This document shows positions 22,851 to 36,073 of a stretch of DNA of 64,000 nt, piece after piece. The translations under genes and the position numbers were made by a program. The notes beneath the pieces are model-generated. The model was not told where the DNA came from. It made no database searches and saw nothing but the letters and a program-made list of their open reading frames with translations. The DNA is from Octopus sinensis. Lineage: Eukaryota. The stretch is taken from contig NC_043023.1 of assembly GCF_006345805.1 (NCBI RefSeq), forward strand, positions 10,664,001 through 10,728,000, written 5' to 3'. Position 1 is the stretch's first letter, and every line of letters starts with the position of its first letter.

Positions 22851-24563
22851 CTAATATGGCTTTTCACCTGTATGAATACGCTTGTGTTTAGTTAAGTTAG
22901 CTTTTACAGAGAATGATTTACCACAGATATCACAGTGATATGGTTTCTCGCCTGTATGAATACGTTTATGTACAGTTACAGCACTTCTGTGAGTGAATGA
23001 TTTACCACAGATATCACAATGATATGGCTTCTCCCCCGTATGAGAAACTTTGTGTGTAGCTAAGGTGTCATTTCTAGTGAAGGATTTACCACAGATATCA
23101 CACTGATATGGTCTTTCTCCTGTATGAGTAAGTTTGTGCATAGCTAACTTAAATCTCAAGGAGAATGATTTACCACAGATATCACACTGATAAGGTTTCT
23201 CACCTGTATGAATAAGTTTGTGTATAGCTAAGTGACCATTTCGAGTGAATGATTTACCACAAATGTCACAATGATATGGTTTCTCTCTTCTATGGATACG
23301 TTCGTGGTGAGTTAATTTTAGTTTTACAGAGAATGATTTACCGCAGATATCACAGCGGTAAGGCTTCTCGCCTGTATGGATACATTTGTGAGTGGATAAG
23401 TGACCACTTCGAGAGAATGATTTATCACAGATATCACACTGATATGGCTTCTTTCCTGTATGGATAAGCTTGTGAGTAACTAACTCACCACTTCGAGAGA
23501 ATGATTTATCACAGATATCACATTGATATGGTTTCTCGCCTGTATGAATACGTTTATGTACAATTACAGTACTTCTCTGAGTGAATGATTTACCACAGAT
23601 ATCACACTGATATGGCCTTTCTCCTGTATGAATAAGTTTGTGCATAGCTAAGGTAACTCTCAAGGTGAATGATTTACCACAGATATCACACTGATAAGGT
23701 TTCTCACCTGTATGAGTAAGTTTGTGAGAAGCTAAAGCACCACTTTGAGAGAATGATTTACCACAAATGTCACAATGATATGGCCTCTCTCCTGTATGAG
23801 TACGTTTGTGTTGAGTTAACTTTACTTTTACAGAGAATGATTTACCACAGATATCACATTGATATGGTTTCTCTCCTGTATGAGTAAGTTTGTGTGTAGT
23901 TAAGTTACCTTTTTGAGAGAATGATTGACCACAGATATCACACTGATATGGTTTTTCCCCAGTATGAATACGGTTATGTACAGTTACAGTACTCCTGTGA
24001 GCGAATGATTTACCACAGATATCACAATGATAAGGCATTTCTCCTGTATGAGTAAGTTTGTGTGTAGATAAAGACTGCCTTTGGGAAAATGATTTTCCAC
24101 AAATATCACAGTGATGCTGCTTCTGTTCTGTGTGAATACATTTGTGAAGAGTTACTTTGCTACTTTTAGAGAATGGTTTATCACAGATATCATAATGATA
24201 TGGGTTCACTCCTGAATGAACATGTTTTTGTACAGTTCGGGTATTTTTGGGAGTAAATGATTTATCATAGATATCACAGCGATATGGTTGCTCACCAATA
24301 TGAATGCGTTTATGAATAGCCAATGCATTATTTGCAGAGAATGATTTACCACAGACATCACAGTGATGTGGTTTCTCACCTGAATGAACAGGTTTGTGAT
24401 TTATCAAAGTATTCCTTTGAGAGAAAGATTTACCACAGATATCACAGTGATAGGGCTTCTCACCTGTATGAATGCGTTTATGAATAGCCAATGCATTATT
24501 TGCAGAGAATGATTTACCACAGATATCACAGTCATATACAGATTTTCCTCTTTCTTTTGGCAT
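22851..24563 (-). CDS. Poly-C2H2 zinc-finger protein B, ~570 aa, 20 fingers (4 and 5 degenerate)
   Basis: ATG at 24563 ([17 protein letters not shown]); TGEKPY linkers; ends at a TAG where other linkers have CAG/CAC. Confidence 0.88.
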   Translation of the reverse strand: MPKERGKSVYDCDICGKSFSANNALAIHKRIHTGEKPYHCDICGKSFSQRNTLINHKPVHSGEKPHHCDVCGKSFSANNALAIHKRIHIGEQPYRCDIYDKSFTPKNTRTVQKHVHSGVNPYHYDICDKPFSKSSKVTLHKCIHTEQKQHHCDICGKSFSQRQSLSTHKLTHTGEMPYHCDICGKSFAHRSTVTVHNRIHTGEKPYQCDICGQSFSQKGNLTTHKLTHTGEKPYQCDICGKSFSVKVKLTQHKRTHTGERPYHCDICGKSFSQSGALASHKLTHTGEKPYQCDICGKSFTLRVTLAMHKLIHTGERPYQCDICGKSFTQRSTVIVHKRIHTGEKPYQCDICDKSFSRSGELVTHKLIHTGKKPYQCDICDKSFSRSGHLSTHKCIHTGEKPYRCDICGKSFSVKLKLTHHERIHRREKPYHCDICGKSFTRNGHLAIHKLIHTGEKPYQCDICGKSFSLRFKLAMHKLTHTGERPYQCDICGKSFTRNDTLATHKVSHTGEKPYHCDICGKSFTHRSAVTVHKRIHTGEKPYHCDICGKSFSVKANLTKHKRIHTGEKPY

Positions 24564-24976
24564 CTCTGCAGCTAAAACTAACAAAACTCCAAGATTCTCA
24601 CACAATTCCTCTTTCTGTAATTTTTTTCTTCAACAAAATTTTCTGGAAATGTCCTATCTTCTTGTTTCTATATTTTATTCCTAACAAATGTTACAACTGC
24701 TATATTTTTATCAAATATAAGCTTTACTGATATCTTTAAGATGTTGCAAATGTATTTTTAAATTTATCCAAGTTTATTCAGAATTCAAATTTAGGTTTTA
24801 CCCATTTCAGAGTGAATCCAAGAAATTTCACCAATAATGTCACTCAGAAGAAATATTTTACTGAAATTCACAGTTAATTTACATAAACAGGGTTCTTATA
24901 TCCAGTTCTGTGTAACATCATCTTCAAAATATGATAAACATTGATGATGCTTCTGCAGTAAAATTCCTCTGATATT

Positions 24977-24999
24977 CTGAAATAAGAGAGAAACAACAG
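24977..24999 (-). promoter_or_regulatory. Candidate 3' splice acceptor upstream of ZNF B
   Basis: Minus strand ctgttgtttctctcttatttcag|. Confidence 0.6.
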
Positions 25000-25004
25000 T
25001 TTAA

Positions 25005-26087
25005 CCCTTTCGTAACTATATTTCTGACCAAATTACACCCCTTATGTGTTTCAATTAATTTCTAACGTAATCATAAATTTAGTCTGGTTTCATTAAACAA
25101 CTATAACTTTTTTATTTATCGATATATCAATCTGATTTTTGGAAGATAATTTAATGAAATATTCTCAACCAATTCTATACTATAATTTTTGTTACAAAGT
25201 GACTCTAATTGCAGGTAGATACAGGTAAATTCCACAAAATATAAAATTATTAAAATTTTGTTCAAACATCGCTATAGAAAATGGGTTATTAGCTAATAAT
25301 TGGGTATATAACAAAATTTTACGATAGAATTTGTTATTCTGGGTAACTTTCTGATACCCATAATAATATTTACGGCAAAATAGTCTTAATTTCATTTAAG
25401 GTTGAGGGAAACCACAAACTATCGTTTCTTTTGCTTTGTTTACGTTTAGCGTAACAGTTCGTCTCCGCCGTAATGATTTCAAATAGGCTCATTCGAAAAA
25501 GTAAAAAGAAATAGTCTAAGGCTTTACTCTTCTGGGAAAGTCTGTGGCTTGGTCCAGTTTCTTCAGAGCAATCACCGAAAGAAACAGTTTTTAAATTTTC
25601 ACTCCATTCAGGTGCCAATTCGTTTTCTTTATCGCTATCGGAGATCTCAGATTCACTGTTTTCACTTTCGGAAAATGAAACATCAGATTCATTATCAAAT
25701 ACCACATGCTTTTTTTTTTTCAGTCATAGAGTTAGATTTATGAAGGTCTTCAGTAGAAAATCCTTCGAATTCTGACTCGCTGCTTGATATAATGAAATTC
25801 GTATCCATTTTTTGTCAGAATTACAAATTTTGAAAACACAATAGGAACAAATTTCGGAAAAAAATCTCCCAAAATTCACGGAATTAAAATTACACTTCGA
25901 TTATTGTACAAAACTGTAGTTGAACTGTTTACGAAGTATAATACGTGTTTTCACGAATGTACTGAAGAGATTTGCTCTGATATTCTCATTTAAATATGAA
26001 TAGGTAAATTCGGGCGGCTTTGGGCGGTTTGGTTTCATAAACCAAAATTTTGTTCGGGCGGCTTTGGGCGGTTTGGTAACGAAAGGG
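25005..26087 (-). mobile_element. Internally deleted piggyBac element
   Basis: TTAA at 25001-25004 and 26088-26091; TIR CCCTTTCGT(A/T)AC; ORF 25370-25705 has an acidic N-terminus then W..F...GP...LDYFFLLF...EIITAETNCYA...W.P.TLNEIK, typical of the piggyBac transposase N-terminal region. Confidence 0.88.
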
Positions 26088-26200
26088 TTAAGACAGAGTG
26101 TAGCTTTGGTTATGACAAAGGCTTGGTGTTCATTTATATACGACATTTACTGCTACATTTTTTTTAAACAAGGCTTCATGAAAACACAGACTCAATCTTA

Positions 26201-26452
<252 letters not shown>

Positions 26453-26471
26453 CTAAAAAACCAGAAAGCAG

Positions 26472-26602
26472 TAACGAGGGGTCATATGGCGTACTTGAAT
26501 CAAAATTTCGCCAAGCAACAAAAGCTGCTTGGATTAACATCTTAGTTATTCCAATTTTTCAAAGTTCGCATTTACATTACATTATGTGAGACCCTTCCGT
26601 AT
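26472..26602. mobile_element. Possible small Tc1/mariner-type MITE
   Basis: Ends taacgaggggtc / gacccttccgta resemble TACGAGGG-type TIRs. Confidence 0.35.
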
Positions 26603-26924
26603 ATAGATTAAAGCAACGGTTATTTTCTTCCTTTAGTTTCTTTCCGATAATTTACTGAACAAAGAAAGAAAGAAAAAGAAGTGGATGTGAATAATACTGA
26701 CACATTAATGATGAATCTACTGTAGAGACGGATGCCATAAAGAGAACTTTAGCCAAGGTAGACAATGACGGAATATATATATAACACTTACCTATCGTTT
26801 ATAGACCCTGTGGAGGAGGAAGATATCACAATAAATCCAAGGTGGACAATGACAGTAAGCAGGTAACATAGAGATCCAGCAAGGAACAAGTCGCAGTACG
26901 TTCAAGCAAGTCAGAAATTAAACC

Positions 26925-28130
26925 GAGGTCGACTTTGCATTTCATCCTTTCGGGGTCGATTAAATAAGTACCAGTTACACACTGGGGTCGATATAATCGA
27001 CTTAATCCGTTTGTCCTTGTTTGTCCCCTCTTGTTTAGCCCCTTGAGGGTAGTAAAGAAATAGGTATTCCTCCGAGCTAGACTTTGCCTTTCATCCTTTC
27101 AGGGTCGATTAATTAAGTACCAGTAAAGCACTGGGGTCGATGTAATCGACTTAATACATTTGTCTGTCCTTGTTTGTCCTCTCTGTGGGTAGTAAAGAAA
27201 TAGAAATAGGTATTTTGTCTGCCGCTACGTTCTGAGTTCAAATTCCGCCGGGGTCGATTAAAAAAGTACCAGTTACGCACTGGGGTCGATATAATCTACT
27301 CAATCCCTTTGTCTGTCCTTGTTTGTCCCCTCTGTGTTTAGCCCCTGGTGGGTAGCAAAGAAATAAGAAATTAAACCAAGGCAAACAATGACAGCTTCGT
27401 AAGAACTTCTGGGTTTTACTGTGAACGCTGATTTATATTTTTAAAATCAACGGAAAAAAGAACGCTGTAGATAATTTCTTGACATATTTAATAAGCAATC
27501 ATGTCCATTAAATTAAATCTCAGGTAATTATCTGTTAAACGGATGTGACCGGTAATGTAGACGAAGATCCAACAACCGCACAGAATAAAGAGAAATATTG
27601 CGGGAAAAAAGTCAATGTTTCTTAGGGGGAAGTAACTCTACATTTAACCTGGGTCGAGGCGGTGAGCTGGCTGAACCGTTAGCACGCCGGGCGAAATGCT
27701 TAGCAGTATTTCGTCTACTGCTACGTTCTGAGTTCAAATCCCGCCGAGGTCGACTTTGCCTTTCATCCTTTCGGGGTCGATAAATAAAGTACCAGTTACG
27801 CACTGGGATCGATATAATCGACTTAATCCGTTTGTCCTCTCTGTGTTTAGCCCCTTGTGGGTAGTAGAGAAATAGGTATTTCGTCTGTCACTGCGTTCTG
27901 AGTTCAAATTCCACCGAGGTCGACTTTGCCTTTCATCCTTTCGGGGTCGATAAATAAAGTACCAGTTACGCACAGGGATCGATATAATCGACTTAATCCG
28001 TTTGTCCTCTCTGTGTTTAGCCCCTTGTGGGTAGTAAAGAAATAGGTATTTCGTCTGCACTTACGTTCTGAGTTCAAATTCCGCCGAGGTCGACTTTGCC
28101 TTTCATCCTTTCGGGGTCGATTAAATAAGT
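26925..28130 (+). mobile_element. SINE family B multimers (26925-27375, 27657-28130; continues at 29057-29140)
   Basis: Body units repeated head-to-tail with aatag|gtatttcgtc junctions. Confidence 0.8.
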
Positions 28131-28132
28131 AT

Positions 28133-29056
28133 GGATCTTTTCTGTTGGATAGACGGAATTTTCTAGTTGACTAAACAATTTGAAACTTCGTATACTGGTA
28201 GAATGTGTCAAAAGAAAACATTATTGTTAAACAAAATTGTAATTCGTAACTTAAACGTAGTTTAATTTTACGAATTTTAACCAATGAAATCCCAGCGTTA
28301 TCGATATTGATAAAGAAATATAGCAGACGCACGACACACACACACTCTCTCTCTCAAACACATGCATATACATTTGCACGAGCACATAGTAATTAATATA
28401 TAAGCGTACACACACATACAAACGGACATATACATACACACACACGCATACATACACGTTCGTTTTGCCACTTGCCGCAACAAATTTGCACAAAAGGTAA
28501 ATAAATTAAGTACCAATTACGCACTGGTGTCGAGGATTTTCCCCCAATTTATATCACAGCTTCCGACAAGCTGGGGGCATCCTTTTATGAAAAAATATTT
28601 CGCAAATTTTTTACAATACGACTCACACTGCACGCCCAAACTCGAGACCGATTTAGGCATATTATTGTTTTGTTTTTGTTGTTTCTGGCCCTTCAAAACC
28701 ATGGGAGAAGCCTTTTCAGTAAAAAAAAATAAAGAAAATATTCAAAAAATATCGTTAATATTTTTATTGGGAGACGAAATTCATCGATTTAAGAGATATA
28801 GCTGTTATTTCTAGCACATGTAGAAGACAGAAGAAGAGACAAGGATGAATAAGACGTGTGCGCGTGAGTTTTTAGACGCAGTAAATAATTTGAGCTCGAA
28901 TGCTGCGATTTCATTGGTTAAAATTAAACTACGTTTAAGTTACGAATTACAATTTTGTTTAACAATAATGTTTTCTTTTGACACATTCTACCAGTATACG
29001 AAGTTTCAAATTGTTTAGTTAACTAGAAAATTCCGTCTATCAAACAGAAAAGATCC
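28133..29056. mobile_element. GGATC TIR element subfamily C inserted in a SINE B
   Basis: ~130-bp TIRs ggatcttttctgttggatagacgg / ccgtctatcaaacagaaaagatcc; the SINE resumes as ccagttacgcac. Confidence 0.85.
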
Positions 29057-29306
29057 CCAGTTACGCACTGGGGTCGATATAATCTACTTAATCCCTTTGT
29101 CTGTCCTTGTTTGTCCCCTTGTGGGCAGTAAAGAAATATACATTTAACCTGGAATTATGTGGAGTTCAGTTCAAGTTGGTGGTCCTACAGGAAGCCCTGA
29201 GAATTGTTTTATGAACTAATAATGTTGTAGCGGCAAATGTCCCCAAATTTGGGGGAATGGGATACGTTGATTACACCGACGCCAGTATACAACTTTTACT
29301 TACTTT

Positions 29307-30446
29307 GGATCTTTTCGGTTTCAATGGCAGTTTTTTCTAAAAGTGTCATATGAAATTGTCACCCATAATTATGACCCTAGTATCGATCTATTGCATTTCA
29401 ATCTGTTTTAGGGTTAGGGGTGGGGGAAGGATATCTTTCCTCCTTCACAAATGTAAATAAACCCAATCTGTTTCTTACACAAGGGACATATTCATACGGC
29501 ACAGAATGTTTTCACCCCAATAGACGTCATTGATTGGTTGAAATTGCAGAAACTGAAGAAGAAAACAACAAATATTTTACCAACTACAGAATTTTCTCAA
29601 TAAAGTCAAGAGAAAAAGATGTTTTATAAACACATTCTACCAGTATACGAAGTTCAAAAGTGTTTAGTTACATAGAAATTATTTTAAAAAACTGCCGGTC
29701 AAACGGAAAAGATCCCAAATATCTTACAAACTATAGGATTTTCTTAATAAAGCCAAGAGAAAAAGATGTTTTATAAACACATTCTACCAGTATACGAAGT
29801 TTAAAAGTGTTTAGTTACATAGAAATTATTTTAAAAAACTGCCGGTCAAACGGAAAAGACCCCAAATATCTTACAAACTATAGAATTTTCTCAATAAAGC
29901 CAAGAGAAAAAGATATTTTATAAACACATTCTACCAGTATACGAAGTTTAAAAGTGTTTAGTTACGTGGAAATTATTTTAAAAAACTGCCGGTCAAACGG
30001 AAAAGATCCCAAATATCTTACACACTATAGCATTTTCTCAATAAAGCCAAGAGAAAAAGATGTTTTATAAACACATTCTACCAGTATACGAAGTTTAAAA
30101 GTGTTAGTTACGTGGAAATTATTTTAAAAAACTGCCGGTCAAACGAAAAGATCCCAATATCTTACACACTATAGCATTTTCTCAATAAAGCAAGAGAAAA
30201 AGATGTTTTATAAACACATTCTACCAGTATACGAAGTTTAAAAGTGTTTAGTTACGTGGAAATTATTTTAAAAAACTGCCGGTCAAACGGAAAAGATCCC
30301 AAATATCTTACACACTATAGCATTTTCTCAATAAAGCCAAGAGAAAAAGATGTTTTATAAACACATTCTACCAGTTTACGAAGTTTAAAAGTGTTTTGTT
30401 AAGTGGAAATTATTTTAAAAAACTGCTGTTCAAACCGAAAAGATCC
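29307..30446 (+). mobile_element. GGATC TIR element subfamily B with 6 x ~147-bp terminal array
   Basis: Left TIR ggatcttttcggtttcaatggcagtttttt matches the unit end aaaaaactgc..tcaaaccgaaaagatcc; array 29570-30446; inserted in an antisense SINE B. Confidence 0.85.
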
Positions 30447-30840
30447 CTTTTTTTTTTATCAGTGTTGAAAGGATGAATGGCAAAGTCGACCTTGACGACA
30501 TTGGAAACTCAGAAAGTAGAGACGGACGAAATGATGCCAAGCATTTTATCCGGCGTGTTAAGTATTCCACCAGCTCGCCACCTTCTGAATTGATAATCCT
30601 TTCAACTAAAGGCACAAGTCCTGAAATTTTAGGGGAGAAGATTAGTCGATTACATCGACCCCAGTGTTTCATTGGTACTTACTTTATCGACACCGAAAGG
30701 AAGAAAGTCACCGTCGATTTTGGTGGAATTTGAACTTAGAACGTAGCGACGACTGAAAAGCCGTTTAGCATTTTTCCAGGCGTATATTATGAATAATGAA
30801 AGTGAAAGTGAATAAATATTTACAAAAATAAACTACCGAT

Positions 30841-32322
30841 AGGCGTGGCACCTTGGGCAAGTGTCTTCTACTATAGCCTCGGGTCGATCAAAGCCTTGTG
30901 AGTGGATTTGGTAGGCGGAAACTGACAGAAGCCTGTCGTATATATGTATATATATATATATATAAATATATACATAATATATTTGGCTGTGTGGTAAGTA
31001 GCTTGTTTACCAACAACATGGTTCTGGGTTCAGTCCCACTGCGTGGCACCTTGGGCAAGTGTCTTCTACTATAGCCTCGGGTCGATCAAAACCTTGTGAG
31101 TGGATTTGGTAGGCGGAAACTGACAGAAGCCTGTCGTATATATGTATATATATATATATAAATATATACATAATATATTTGGCTGTGTGGTAAGTAGCTT
31201 GTTACCAACAACATGGTTCTGGGTTCAGTCCCACTGCGTGGCACCTTGGGCAAGTGTCTTCTACTATAGCCTCGGGTCGATCAAAACCTTGTGAGTGGAT
31301 TTGGTAGGCGGAAACTGACAGAAGCCTGTCGTATATATGTATATATATATATATAAATATATACATAATATATTTGGCTGTGTGGTAAGTAGCTTGTTTA
31401 CCAACAACATGGTTCTGGGTTCAGACCCACTGCGTGGCACCTTGGGCAAGTGTCTTCTACTATAGCCTCGGGTCGATCAAAACCTTGTGAGTGGATTTGG
31501 TAGGCGGAAACTGACAGAAGCCTGTCGTATATATGTATATATATATATATAAATATATACATAATATATTTGGCTGTGTGGTAAGTAGCTTGTTTACCAA
31601 CAACATGGTTCTGGGTTCAGTCCCACTGCGTGGCACCTTGGGCAAGTGTTTTCTACTATAGCCTCGGGTCGACCAAAGCCTTGTGAATGGATTTGGTAGG
31701 CGGAAACTGACAGAAGCCTGTCGTATATATATAAATATATACATAATATATGTGGCTGAGTGGTAAGTAGCTTGTTTACCAACCACATGGTTCCGGGTTC
31801 AGACCCACTGCGTGGCACCTTGGGCAAGTGTCTTCTACTATAGCCTCGGGTCGACCAAAGCCTTGTGAATGGATTTGGTAGGCGGAAACTGACAGAAGCC
31901 TGTCGTATATATATAAATATATACATAATATATGTGGCTGAGTGGTAAGTAGCTTGTTTACCAACCACATGGTTCCGGGTTCAGACCCACTGCGTGGCAC
32001 CTTGGGCAAGTGTCTTCTACTATAGCCTCGGGTCGACCAAAGCCTTGTGAGTGGATTTGGTAGGCGGAAACTGACAGAAGCCTGTCGTATATATGTATAT
32101 ATATATATATGTGTGTACGTTTGTGTGTCTGTGTTTGTCCCCCCAACATCGCTTGACTGCTGGTGTGTTTACGTCCCTGTAACTTAGCAGTTCGTCAAAA
32201 GAGACTGATAGAATAAGTACTATGCTTACAAAGAATAAGTGCTGGTGTCGATTTGCTCGACTAAAGGCGGTGCTCCAGCATGGCCACAGTCAAATGACTG
32301 AAACCGGTAAAAGAGTAAAGAG
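30841..32322 (+). repeat. Tandem array of SINE A heads ending in a complete SINE tail
   Basis: Unit starts at 30985, 31181, 31376, 31572, 31753, 31934 (period ~181-196), plus a 5' partial unit. Confidence 0.9.
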
Positions 32323-33189
32323 TATAACATTTATAATACTCGTAAATAAATGACAATAAAACAACAGTAGAATGTAAAGAATATTTTATGTAAAGTCAAA
32401 AGAATGCCCAGATCATTTACAAGAATATTATTGAATATTATTATAATTGTTTTCTGAAGCACTTTCACTCATACTAGACCTATGCACACAACCACTTGTA
32501 GATTTCTTCTCAAAAAAAAAAAAAGAAAAGAAAAAAGAAGTGTAGCATTGTTTACTTAGAAGAAGTACTTTGTTGCCCTCTTAAACTTTCCTGGTAACAT
32601 GCAGAAGCATTTATGATAGTAGAACCTTTTGCAGTCCTGGGGATGATTTGCGAGACTAAATGAAGAGCTCCAGCATGGCCGCAGTCAAATGACTGAAACC
32701 AAAAACATATAATCTATTTCTGAATCTGTCAGAACTTTTCCACGTAGGTGAATGAAAATGTAATATTTTCAATAATTTCTTTGTCATGGTTAGCAAAAGC
32801 GAAACCAGTCGACCATATAATACTTTATGAAAATAAATTTCTGTTTGCCAAGAGGACAATAAATGTCTGTTTGAAATTTTAGATAAAGGGAAATGTGCAT
32901 ACAAGTGTCAGAACTCTGTAGATGTGATAAAGAGCAGTTTAAATCCCACTTGTGTTCACAGTACGAAATCAAATCACTTGTTTGAACTAAATGGTAAATC
33001 CATACAAACTGTTAATAGCTGGTTCGACCGGGGATCTGGGAAGCCAGAAGGCTGCATAAGGCTCCAGTCTGATCTGGCAGTGTTTCTACAACTGGATGCC
33101 CTTCCTAACGCCAACAACTCCGTGAGTGTAGCGGGTGCTTTTTACGTGCCACCGGCACAGAAGCCAGTCATGGCGAACAGTTACTGATA

Positions 33190-34632
33190 TCATTTCTCTC
33201 TCATATGACGGCGCCTGTGAGCACCAAAGCTGCTTCTATGAGTGAATGATTTACCGCAGATATCACAATGATATGGCTTCTCACCTGTGTGAATATGTTT
33301 GTGATCAATTAAAGTGCTATTTTCAGCAAATGATTTACCACAGATATCACAGTGATATGGCTTCTCTCCAGTATGAACACGTTTGTGAACAGTTAAGTTA
33401 CCAGATGTAGAGAATGATTTCCCACAAGTTTCACACTGGTATGGGTCCTCACCTAAATGAATGCTTTTATGAACTGTTAGGGCACGTCCATAATAGAATG
33501 ACTTACCACAGATATCACAAGGATATGGCTTCTCACCTGTGTGAATAGCTTTGTGTCTAGTCAAGTCACTGTTTGCAAAGAATGATTTACCACAGATATC
33601 ACACTGATATGGTTTTTCTCCTGTATGAATGCGTTTGTGAGTAGTAAAATGATAAATATCGTGAAATGATTTACCACAGACATCACAGCGTAGATATTTT
33701 CCTCTTGTGTGAAACTGTTTGTGTGTCGCTAAATTAGAAGCTTGTGAGAATGATTTCCCACAGATATCACAGAAATATGGCATCTCACCTGTATGAGTAC
33801 GTCGGTGAATAGTCAAGTTACCTCTCCGAGCGAACGCCTTACCACAGATATCACAGGTATATGGTTTTTCACCTGTATGAATACGTTGGTGACGGACTAA
33901 GTCAGTTTTAGCATTGAATAATTTACCACAGATATCACAGTGATATGGCCTTTCTCCTGTATGAATACGTCGGTGAGTGACTAAGCTACCTTTCTGAGAT
34001 AATATTTTACCACAGATATCACAGTGATATGGCCTTTCTCCTGTATGAATACATCGGTGAGTGACTAAGCTACCTTTCTGAGATAATATTTTACCACAGA
34101 TATCACAGAAACAGGGCATCTCACTTGTATGAATACGTTGGTGAATAGTCAAGATATCTCTCCGAGCAAACGACTTATCACAGATATCACAGTTATATGG
34201 TTTTTCACCTGTATGAATGCGTTGGTGAACGACCAAGTCATTTTTACTATTGAATAATTTACCACAGATATCACAGTGAAATGGCCTTTCTCCTGTATGA
34301 AGACGTCGGTGAGTGACTAAGCTACATTTCTGAGAGAATAATTTACCACAAGTATCACAGTTATATGGCCTTTCACCTGTATGAATACGTTGGTGACGGA
34401 CTAAGTCAGTTTTACCATTGAATGATTTACCACAGATATCACAGTGATATGGCCTTTCTCCCGTATGAATACGTCGGTGAGTGACTAAGCTACCTTTCTG
34501 AGATAATATTTTACCACAGATATCACACTCAAATGCTGTTTTGCCCTTTTCATTCTTTTTCTCATTAGAAAAATCAATTTCTTCAGACTCTCTTTTACAT
34601 TCAACTTCACTCCTACGTAATTCATTTTCCAT
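33190..34632 (-). CDS. Poly-C2H2 zinc-finger protein C, 480 aa, 16 fingers
   Basis: Intact ORF. ATG at 34632 (MENE) is preferred over the TTG at 34758 because paralogs D and E have an in-frame stop just upstream. Confidence 0.9.
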   Translation of the reverse strand: MENELRRSEVECKRESEEIDFSNEKKNEKGKTAFECDICGKILSQKGSLVTHRRIHTGERPYHCDICGKSFNGKTDLVRHQRIHTGERPYNCDTCGKLFSQKCSLVTHRRLHTGERPFHCDICGKLFNSKNDLVVHQRIHTGEKPYNCDICDKSFARRDILTIHQRIHTSEMPCFCDICGKILSQKGSLVTHRCIHTGERPYHCDICGKILSQKGSLVTHRRIHTGERPYHCDICGKLFNAKTDLVRHQRIHTGEKPYTCDICGKAFARRGNLTIHRRTHTGEMPYFCDICGKSFSQASNLATHKQFHTRGKYLRCDVCGKSFHDIYHFTTHKRIHTGEKPYQCDICGKSFFANSDLTRHKAIHTGEKPYPCDICGKSFYYGRALTVHKSIHLGEDPYQCETCGKSFSTSGNLTVHKRVHTGEKPYHCDICGKSFAENSTLIDHKHIHTGEKPYHCDICGKSFTHRSSFGAHRRRHMREK

Positions 34633-35240
34633 AATTTTCCTTTCTCTCGTCACAGTACACAAAGGTTTTCCTTCTTCTCGTATATTGCTCTGAACAAATA
34701 TTTCTACTGATATATCTCCATCAAAAGTGATCTTTGTTAATATCTGAAGATGCTGCAAACTGCCTTCTCAATTGCTTTAACTCATTAACATTCAGATTAC
34801 TCTGTCAAATGTAATGATTATTTATTCAAATTCCTCTGAATTAATCATTCATTATCTTACAGATTTCAACGATATGATTCTTTACGTTTAGAATGACATT
34901 GTAGGGTGGGTGTGAGAGGTAGGATCTGGCAGGTTTGAATAAAGAACTTGTAAATATTTTAGTGAAATACCCTTAAGCATTCAGATTCCTTTCTCAAATG
35001 TAATGCTTATTTATTCAAATTATTTTCAATGAATCATGGATTATCTCATAGATTTGAGATTTCAGTGATGTGATTACTTCTTTCTGTTGAGCAGATATAT
35101 TTTGCAGTAATTTAGTAAATATTCATAGAAACAGGGTTATACGTGTTTTGTATAACATCTTTGCTCAGTCTTCAAAAGACTTTCCATTCTAATGACGTTG
35201 CTTATGTAAAAATCCTGTGAAGCAGATGTCATCTGATAAT

Positions 35241-35263
35241 CTGAAACGAAAGAGAAACAACAG
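35241..35263 (-). promoter_or_regulatory. Candidate 3' splice acceptor upstream of ZNF C
   Basis: ctgttgtttctctttcgtttcag|attatcag. Confidence 0.6.
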
Positions 35264-35660
35264 TGTAAAACATACAAGATAATTAGGAATTAGAGAGATT
35301 AAAGCAGTGAAATGTTTTACTACATTTTTATATAGACATGGCTGTAGAAGTGCAGGGATGGTCGTGTGGTAAGAAGTTGGCTTCCCAACCACATGGTCCT
35401 GGGTTCAGTCCCAGAGTGGCCAATCAAAACCTTGGGAGAGGATTTGGTAGATGGAAACTCCAAGAAGCTTGACACATACAACGGGCTTCTTTCATTTTCT
35501 GTCTATCAAAGGTTTTGGTCGGCCCAAGGGAAAAGCAGAAGACACTTGTTCAATGTGCCATGCAGTGGGACTGAACCCATAAACAAGTGACTGGGAAGCA
35601 AGCTTCTTGGCACACAGCCACATCTGTGCCTTTTAATAATGGTTTATAATTTTCTCAAGT

Positions 35661-36050
35661 GTGACCTGTTTATACTATTATCCGATTGGCGGAAACGGTG
35701 ACATTGGGAGAAATAGTATTCAGATATGGGTAGAGGGCAGAGTTCCGCGATGCTTTAAATGTGGCCAAAGAGGCAACATTCGAGCACACTGCCCTCTACA
35801 GAAGAGAAAACTGGAGGAAACAACAGATGAACGAGTTGTGGAGACGGAGGGGCGGGGGGAGAAAAAAGAGGAAGAAAAGGAAGAAAACTGAGTGTGGATA
35901 CTCCAGTCCAACTCCATCCCACCCAAGACCATTCAGACCCACCTGCCCTATACAGACACCAGACCCACCCACTCCCTTTCCCCCCGCAGGAATAAAAAAA
36001 GAAAGAGAAAAAAGAGCAGACACCACAGAATTTAGAGGACCCCTCACCTG
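35661..36050 (+). mobile_element. Tx1/L1-like LINE ORF1 remnant (zinc knuckle)
   Basis: IWVEGRVPRCFKCGQRGNIRAHC = degenerate CX2CX4HX4C; duplicated at 49190-49580. Confidence 0.55.
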
Positions 36051-36073
36051 GTGAAAAAGGATACGAAAGAATG

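Noticed and set aside
23249-23467. Plus-strand ORFs overlapping ZNF genes (also 47553 and 56243)
   Set aside because: Antisense or alternate-frame shadows of the 84-bp finger repeat.
35661-35891. CCHC ORF as a host gene
   Set aside because: Short, the His ligand is mutated, and the context fits a LINE ORF1 remnant.
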